Position numbers and translations under genes: made by a program. This document shows positions 58,288 to 64,000 of a DNA stretch of 64,000 nt, piece after piece (within the stretch, counting starts at the first letter, position 1; every line of letters begins with the position of its first letter). Location: the NCBI GenBank assembly GCA_965223335.1, contig OZ244991.1, positions 2,432,001-2,496,000 on the forward strand, in the 5' to 3' direction. This stretch comes from Thermodesulfobacteriota bacterium. Lineage in GTDB: Bacteria > Desulfobacterota_D > UBA1144 > Nemesobacterales > UBA2774. The notes beneath the pieces are model-generated. The model saw only the letters and a program-made list of their open reading frames with translations, searched no databases and was not told where the DNA came from.

Positions 58288-58809
58288 ATGCGAAAACTTA
58301 TACTAATAATAACCCTACCCCTACTGCTCACCTCGTGTGGGTACAAACAACTCTCATTACTCGACATTGCACAGCTCATGCAGGCCCAGGCCTGCCAGGG
58401 CAACATCGACGGCTTCTTTTCATACATAGACAAGACCGCCGTTAAAGACAACCTCCGACAACAGGCGTTTAACAAACTCACCAGTGAGCTACCCGTAGAC
58501 AAAATGGGCAGCATAGGCACAAGCATTATCGAGGGTGTGGTGGCTTCGGCCCTGCCCCTGATAATGTCCGAGCTATGGGGGTTCCTAACCACCGAGCTCG
58601 AAAAGGGCCAAGACGGGCTGCTCTGCAAGGTAGCACTTGCCCCGTCTCGTAGCGGCAAAGACACCATACGCGTAACATTTGCCGACAGTGTATCGATGGA
58701 CTGGGGTTTTAAGCACGAGTCGGGCAACATATGGAAGATGATCTCCATCGAGGACCCCACTCTACTGGAAGGTCTCTTTGCGCAACTGCCCCAGATATTC
58801 TTAAACTAA
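58288..58809 (+). CDS. lipoprotein, M.AQAC.G family (copy 1; possibly DUF2939-like)
   Basis: Lipobox LTSC; MQAQACQGNIDGFFSYIDK.AV. Confidence 0.75.
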   Translation: MRKLILIITLPLLLTSCGYKQLSLLDIAQLMQAQACQGNIDGFFSYIDKTAVKDNLRQQAFNKLTSELPVDKMGSIGTSIIEGVVASALPLIMSELWGFLTTELEKGQDGLLCKVALAPSRSGKDTIRVTFADSVSMDWGFKHESGNIWKMISIEDPTLLEGLFAQLPQIFLN

Positions 58810-58889
58810 GCTGTGCATCGCGACCCAAGCGCTATTAACTCCACACACATATAGGTTATGATATATAGGTGTATTCAATTTATAGGCCC

Positions 58890-59408
58890 ATGAGAGCATA
58901 CAGTCTCTACATACTCCTTTTACCTGTTTTGTTGATCGTTTCCTCGTGTGCAAACCCTGCCGTGTCCACTGCCGAGAAAATGCGCGCCCAAGCCTGCAGC
59001 GGCAACGTAGACAAGTTCATGGCATATATAGACCGCTATGCTGTTGAGGACAATATTAAAGAACAGGCCATCGAGATGGTACGCAAAGACAAAGACGAGG
59101 ATAAATGGGAGAGCTTTGGACGCAAGCTCATCGAGAGCGCAATGGCACAGGTCATGCCCCAGCTTATGACCGGCGTGTGGGACTACCTGCGCCAAGACGT
59201 GCGCAAGGCCAAAGACGGCGATATATGCAATGCTGGCATAGCACCCACAAAGGACAAGACTAACACTGTAACCCTTACATTTCCCGACGGCGACACCATG
59301 TACTGGGGATTCGAAAAGACCAAGGACTCTTGGGAGCTCGTGTCCATCACCGACCCCCTACTGTTTGAAAAATCCGGCTCCAAACTGGGCGGGGCATTCA
59401 CCAACTGA
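58890..59408 (+). CDS. lipoprotein, same family (copy 2)
   Basis: Lipobox VSSC; AEKMRAQACSGNVDKFMAYID. Confidence 0.75.
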   Translation: MRAYSLYILLLPVLLIVSSCANPAVSTAEKMRAQACSGNVDKFMAYIDRYAVEDNIKEQAIEMVRKDKDEDKWESFGRKLIESAMAQVMPQLMTGVWDYLRQDVRKAKDGDICNAGIAPTKDKTNTVTLTFPDGDTMYWGFEKTKDSWELVSITDPLLFEKSGSKLGGAFTN

Positions 59409-59501
59409 GCCACATAACAGCCAAAAAAAATAATTTTATCTCCCGACCTTTAGGCTATTATATAAGGAGTACAAAATATAATTAAAGGAACCATAAACAC
59501 T

Positions 59502-60560
59502 ATGATAAAACACAAAATTCACCTGCTTTTTCTATCCACACTGCTCATGCTGGTATCGTGCGCCAACTCACCCTCATCCACCACCGAGAAAATGCGCGAC
59601 GCAGCATGCAAAGCGCACACAGAGAAGTTTTTCTCATACATCGATAAAGACGCCGTATCGGAGAATATAAAAGATCAGTTCCTTACTCAAGAACGCGAGA
59701 AAAACGATTCGAAAGAAGATCTATGGGGACAGCTCGGCAAATCCATCGGCGAGTCCATACTAGGGCTCATGCTCCCAGCACTCATGGCCCAGGTCTGGGG
59801 CGGAATAGAACGCGATATAGAAAAGGGCAAGTCGGGCCAATTATGCAGACTACAGATTGCCAACAAAGATAAAAAGACAAACAAAGTCACTATCGAGACC
59901 CCAGACGGCGACCAAATGGTATGGGGGTTCCAAAAGATTGACGACAAATGGACACTCACATCCATATATGACGAATCGTTGCTGGGCCCGGTAACAAAAC
60001 CCGGCATCAAAATCGAAGAGCTAAAAAAAGAGGGCAAAGAAAAACTCGACAAACTGCTCAATAAAGGCAAGTCGTACCTAAAAGCCGAGAAATACGATAA
60101 AGCCATCGCCGCATTCAAAGAGGCGCTGGATATCGACCCCACGTCCAAAGATGCCATCCAGGGCATAGAACAAGCCACCAAAGCCCAGGGCACCGTAGAC
60201 ACCGACGCCATCGCCTCAAGCCGGATAGTCGTTTACGACCTCGATGCCAAGTACTACGACACAGACAAAGAACATAACATCCCGGGCGTGCGCTTTAAGC
60301 TCAAAAACCGCCACGATAAAGCGGCCACAAAAATTGGGGTCACTGTGTACTTCAAGGACACTCTAGGTAACATAATTGCCGAGGAAACATTCTACCCCGT
60401 GGCAGCAGACCAGTCGTCCACACCCACACACAAGCCGCTCAAACCGGGCTATATATGGCAGATGGAGCGGGGCAAGTTCTTCGACGCCCCCCGGGTGCCG
60501 GACGAGTGGAAAGAGGGTAGAGCAGTGGCGGAAGTCACAGAGGTAGAGTTCGAAAACTAA
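59502..60560 (+). CDS. lipoprotein, same family (copy 3) with a TPR and an extra C-terminal beta domain
   Basis: LVSC; EKMRDAAC; TPR-like KGKSYL....YDKAI.AFKEAL.IDP. Confidence 0.78.
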   Translation: MIKHKIHLLFLSTLLMLVSCANSPSSTTEKMRDAACKAHTEKFFSYIDKDAVSENIKDQFLTQEREKNDSKEDLWGQLGKSIGESILGLMLPALMAQVWGGIERDIEKGKSGQLCRLQIANKDKKTNKVTIETPDGDQMVWGFQKIDDKWTLTSIYDESLLGPVTKPGIKIEELKKEGKEKLDKLLNKGKSYLKAEKYDKAIAAFKEALDIDPTSKDAIQGIEQATKAQGTVDTDAIASSRIVVYDLDAKYYDTDKEHNIPGVRFKLKNRHDKAATKIGVTVYFKDTLGNIIAEETFYPVAADQSSTPTHKPLKPGYIWQMERGKFFDAPRVPDEWKEGRAVAEVTEVEFEN

Positions 60561-60584
60561 ATTACAGTAAAGGAGATTTAACGA

Positions 60585-61067
60585 ATGGTAAAGATATTGG
60601 GAACTATCACCGCGCTCTTAATACTCGGTGTGGTCGTGGGGTCGTGCACCAAGGCCTCTGACTCCACCCCCGTAAGCACAGCCGAGAAAATGCGGGCCCA
60701 GGCCTGTGAGGGCAACGTAGAGGGGTTCATAAGCTATTTTGACAAAGAGGCCGTCGAGGGCCAGTACAAGAGCCTTTTCCGCCAGGCCGGGCAAAACGCC
60801 GGTGGCGGAGGTGAGGGGGTCGATGTTAAGGTATCGGGCGGCAGCGCACCCAAACCAGACGTTGATACGAATAATCTGATTTGGGAACCGCTTTCAAAAG
60901 AGGTCAAGAAAAAACAAAATAGCATATTTTGCCAGATGGAGCTCACATTAGAGCCGGGCAAAGACGACGTGGTGCGCTTATCGTATGCAGAAGGCCGCTC
61001 CGCTAAATGGCGCTTCAAAAAAGACGGCTCCACATGGAAAGTATCGTCACTCATGGTGATTTACTAA
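60585..61067 (+). CDS. lipoprotein, same family (copy 4)
   Basis: AAGGAG RBS; VGSC; AEKMRAQACEGNVEGFISYFDK.AV. Confidence 0.78.
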   Translation: MVKILGTITALLILGVVVGSCTKASDSTPVSTAEKMRAQACEGNVEGFISYFDKEAVEGQYKSLFRQAGQNAGGGGEGVDVKVSGGSAPKPDVDTNNLIWEPLSKEVKKKQNSIFCQMELTLEPGKDDVVRLSYAEGRSAKWRFKKDGSTWKVSSLMVIY

Positions 61068-61143
61068 AGGCAAAAAGTCTTTCGATCTGCCCACAAAATG
61101 TTTTATAGTTAGATTTACCAAATAGAGTTGAGGGAGGGGTTAA

Positions 61144-61788
61144 ATGGCATTGGGAGAACTTTTCCACACCAGACTTTCTATGCTGGTCTGTCTCGTAGCG
61201 GCGCTAGCCCTACCCGTTCTGCCTCTCCGAGTCTCAGCCGACGAACCCCCTGAACAGAAACCCGCAGAGACCGAGGCAATACCTAAAAAGCTAGACTCGA
61301 AAGACTTTCGAGCATCGAGTTGGGGCATGACCCGCCCTGAGGTTAAAGCCACAGAGAAGGGCAAAGTGATACTTGAGAACGAACAAGAGGTAAATTTCAG
61401 AGACAAACTCGAGGGTCTCGACGTGCAGGTGGGCTATGTGTTTGAGGACCACAGACTCACACAGGCCGGCTACTTTGTGGTCGAGGATCGCCTCTCGGAC
61501 GATTCCTATATAGTGGATTATATAAAACTAAAGCGTGCATACACCGCCGTCTACGGTAAACCCGCGCGCGATATACTCATATGGAACAATGACCTCTATA
61601 AAGGCAGCTTCAAGGAATACAGCAAAGCCGTGTCCATTGGCCACCTCGTGTACAATGCCGAGTGGCGCACCGCTACAACTGCAATAAGCTTGATCCTCTT
61701 TGGCGAGGACTACGAGATACAGCTCGTTCTGAGCTACTCGCCCATTGCACCCCCGAAACCGCCTACCGAGACCTCATCAACCAACTAG
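61144..61788 (+). CDS. secreted protein, F-R-x-x-x-W-G family
   Basis: GGAGG RBS; signal peptide; DFRASSWGMTRPEV; QVGYVF....L..AGYF. Confidence 0.75.
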   Translation: MALGELFHTRLSMLVCLVAALALPVLPLRVSADEPPEQKPAETEAIPKKLDSKDFRASSWGMTRPEVKATEKGKVILENEQEVNFRDKLEGLDVQVGYVFEDHRLTQAGYFVVEDRLSDDSYIVDYIKLKRAYTAVYGKPARDILIWNNDLYKGSFKEYSKAVSIGHLVYNAEWRTATTAISLILFGEDYEIQLVLSYSPIAPPKPPTETSSTN

Positions 61789-61871
61789 CAGTTTGCATCG
61801 CGGTTTTTTTATTCTATAGTGTAATTTATGGCAAAAGTCATGTTAACAAACACAGTGTCGGAGGCCGTGCT

Positions 61872-62396
61872 ATGAACAGACTGCTTACCATAGCGGTTTT
61901 ATCATTTTGTTTTCTTGCTATGTCCCCCGTGCAGGGGATTGCAAACAAAACCGACTTAAACGGTTTTGAACAAGCCCGTTGGGGTATGACGCGAATCCAA
62001 GTCATGGAAGTGTTCGGCGATAAAATCACCCAGCGCGAACGCAAGCAGGACTCGAAAGAGAACCTCTACACCGATCTGGAGCTAAGCAGCATCAAAATCC
62101 AAGGCGAGGATTTTCGTGCAAGCCTTTGGATGGACACAGAAACCAACACATTAAAACAGGTAGTACTGGTGCCGAGCGACCGCGACTCCAACACCACAGC
62201 CGACTCGTTTATAAAAATCGAGGAGTCCCTGCGAAAACAGTTCGGGGCCCCATCACACTCCGAAACCACCAATGACCCCGCCACATATGCCGAGCGTGTA
62301 TGGCGACTGCCCTCCACAGTGATCGAGATGTCGTACATCAGCATGAAGCAAAACGAGCTGTTTATACTCGTGTATTCTCAAAATAGCGCCCGGTAA
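61872..62396 (+). CDS. secreted protein, F-x-x-x-x-W-G family
   Basis: GGAGG RBS before ATG 61872; signal peptide; GFEQARWGMTRIQV; L..QFG.P. Confidence 0.72.
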   Translation: MNRLLTIAVLSFCFLAMSPVQGIANKTDLNGFEQARWGMTRIQVMEVFGDKITQRERKQDSKENLYTDLELSSIKIQGEDFRASLWMDTETNTLKQVVLVPSDRDSNTTADSFIKIEESLRKQFGAPSHSETTNDPATYAERVWRLPSTVIEMSYISMKQNELFILVYSQNSAR

Positions 62397-62508
62397 AAAC
62401 CCCGGGACTAAGGGTTTATGAAGATTTGGACAACTCATTAATCCCTTGAATTCAGATGATTATCCTCTATAGTTAATTGTTGTTTGCCAGCCCCCAGGGA
62501 GCCAATCT

Positions 62509-63213
62509 ATGCCAATAGGACGTGAATTAATGACCAAATTTGCCTACATTGCAATGCTATCTTTTGCACTACTGCTGCCTAGTGTTGTAAACGCTGAGAG
62601 CGTTAAATCAGACAAGGCCCAAAACCCCGGCAACCCCTATGCTTGGAACCAAAACGACTTCCGCGGCTCTAAGTGGGGCGACAGCATCAAGGACGTCAAA
62701 GACGCCGAAAAAGCACCCGTATGGCAAGAGAGAGAACTCGAGGACAACAAGCACTACATCCTATACTACGGCAAGCTCAACAACATGGAGATGCAGGTCG
62801 GCTATATATTTCAAGACCGTAAACTCGAGCGGGCCGGCTATTTTCTTAACGAAAAGTTCATCAACAGCGCTTCGTATATATCGGCCTACAAAAAATTAAA
62901 AAAAGAGCTCGAAGCTACCTATGGTCCCCCAGCCACAGACGAGGTCATTTGGACCGAGGGAGTAGACAGCAAACAGTACGAGGGCAACCCCCAAAAAATT
63001 GCCGATGCCGCATGCGAGGGCAAGGTCGTACATTTTGTTGTGTGGAACACCGAGGGCTCCCAAATCAAGCTCTCTACACACGGTGAAAATAATGCGTGCA
63101 AGCTGGGGCTCATTTTTACCAGCAATGAACTCATGATGAAAGAGTCGCTCGGCATCCAGCTCACACCAAACGAGGCCACATCCGGGCCCGACCAGCCTGT
63201 ACCCGCCGAATAG
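62509..63213 (+). CDS. secreted protein, F-R-x-x-x-W-G family
   Basis: Signal peptide; DFRGSKWG; QVGYIF....L..AGYF; YG.P..D. Confidence 0.75.
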   Translation: MPIGRELMTKFAYIAMLSFALLLPSVVNAESVKSDKAQNPGNPYAWNQNDFRGSKWGDSIKDVKDAEKAPVWQERELEDNKHYILYYGKLNNMEMQVGYIFQDRKLERAGYFLNEKFINSASYISAYKKLKKELEATYGPPATDEVIWTEGVDSKQYEGNPQKIADAACEGKVVHFVVWNTEGSQIKLSTHGENNACKLGLIFTSNELMMKESLGIQLTPNEATSGPDQPVPAE

Positions 63214-63373
63214 TCCTATTTGCAGGCTCATCTGCCTTAACCCACCAATATGCAACTATCTATAGGGGATAGGCCCACCTCCTAAAGAATTTTCTAATAA
63301 AACATAAAGTACTATTTTCATTTTGTTTAAAAAGGTATATAATATGTACAACTTTCTTGGTCGGAGGTGGGTG

Positions 63374-63745
63374 ATGAGCCTTATTAGGTATTTTGGAAGG
63401 TGTGTATTAACTTTAGCTGTGCTTACTATAATGGTTTCAGCCGCTTACGCTGGGCCAACCATAGTATACGTAGAGGCTAAGGGCGAGCAACCGGAACTGG
63501 AAGAGTACAGAGAGGTAAAATACATAGGCGGCAAGAGCACGCGCCATTTCACACTGGCATGGCAGTTTGATTTCAACGAAATCAATTACAAAGAGCAGTG
63601 CACCCAAGCGCTTTCGCGCCAGGCCAGCAACTTCGGTGCAAACGGCATACTCAATATGACATGGGAGCTCGAGACCTCCCCCTACCCGCCTTACAGCTGG
63701 TACACCATCGTCTGCCAGGGCCTAGCGGTCAGAGTACCGAGCTAA
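63374..63745 (+). CDS. small secreted protein, possibly YbjQ/heavy-metal-binding-like fold
   Basis: GGAGG RBS; signal peptide; L...A..FGANGI.N....G.AV.V pattern. Confidence 0.55.
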   Translation: MSLIRYFGRCVLTLAVLTIMVSAAYAGPTIVYVEAKGEQPELEEYREVKYIGGKSTRHFTLAWQFDFNEINYKEQCTQALSRQASNFGANGILNMTWELETSPYPPYSWYTIVCQGLAVRVPS

Positions 63746-63908
63746 GCACCGGCAGACACGATATATTTGCTAGTCGGCTATCACCCAAGCACCCTCGACT
63801 GGTGTTATGCAGTCTTTTTGAAATTCGTTACTTGAACTGATTGGTTTATCATTCGGTGTGGCACCACCCTAGAGCATTACCACAGCCCCGGTATAATTCC
63901 CTACCTAA

Positions 63909-64000
63909 ATGGCACTTAAATTCGCACACATAAATTTGATATCGACCGACTGGCGGAGCCTCGCAGAGTTTTACGAGAAAGTATTCGGATGCACCAGGCT
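63909..64000 (+). CDS. VOC family protein, truncated by the window edge
   Basis: MALKFAHINLISTDWRSLAEFYEKVFGC. Confidence 0.7.
   Translation, partial: MALKFAHINLISTDWRSLAEFYEKVFGCTR

Overview
A bacterial window of moderate GC with AT-rich intergenic DNA. No rRNA, tRNA, CRISPR array, integrase, transposase or reverse transcriptase was seen. The dominant feature is a 22-kb tandem array (9.4-31.3 kb) of 14 co-oriented paralogous secreted-protein genes. Nine are ~340-355 aa 'type A' genes and five are ~650-675 aa 'type B' genes, in the order A-A-B-A-A-B-A-A-B-A-B-B-A-A. Both types share a scaffold of near-invariant blocks alternating with hypervariable segments. Type B adds a ~250-aa variable NGSF...DNF insert, a Pro/Thr linker and a Gly/Ser-Cys + hydrophobic helix + basic C-terminal sorting-like tail. 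The second major signal is non-coding: a ~205-nt intergenic element with 7 full and at least 5 partial copies, all on the + strand. Its stems show extensive compensatory changes and + strand G-U pairs, making it a candidate undescribed structured RNA or non-autonomous mobile element, mixed with several REP-like hairpin modules. The rest is accessory or housekeeping: trkH, an M12B-like protease with FN3 domains, yefM-yoeB, a frameshifted APC/USP permease, an LLM oxidoreductase, two DacB-like paralogs, ppk2-NUDIX, a K+ channel, an uncharacterised pair including a PD-(D/E)xK-like membrane protein, and small clusters of paralogous lipoproteins. All assignments come from reading motifs by eye; no searches were run.
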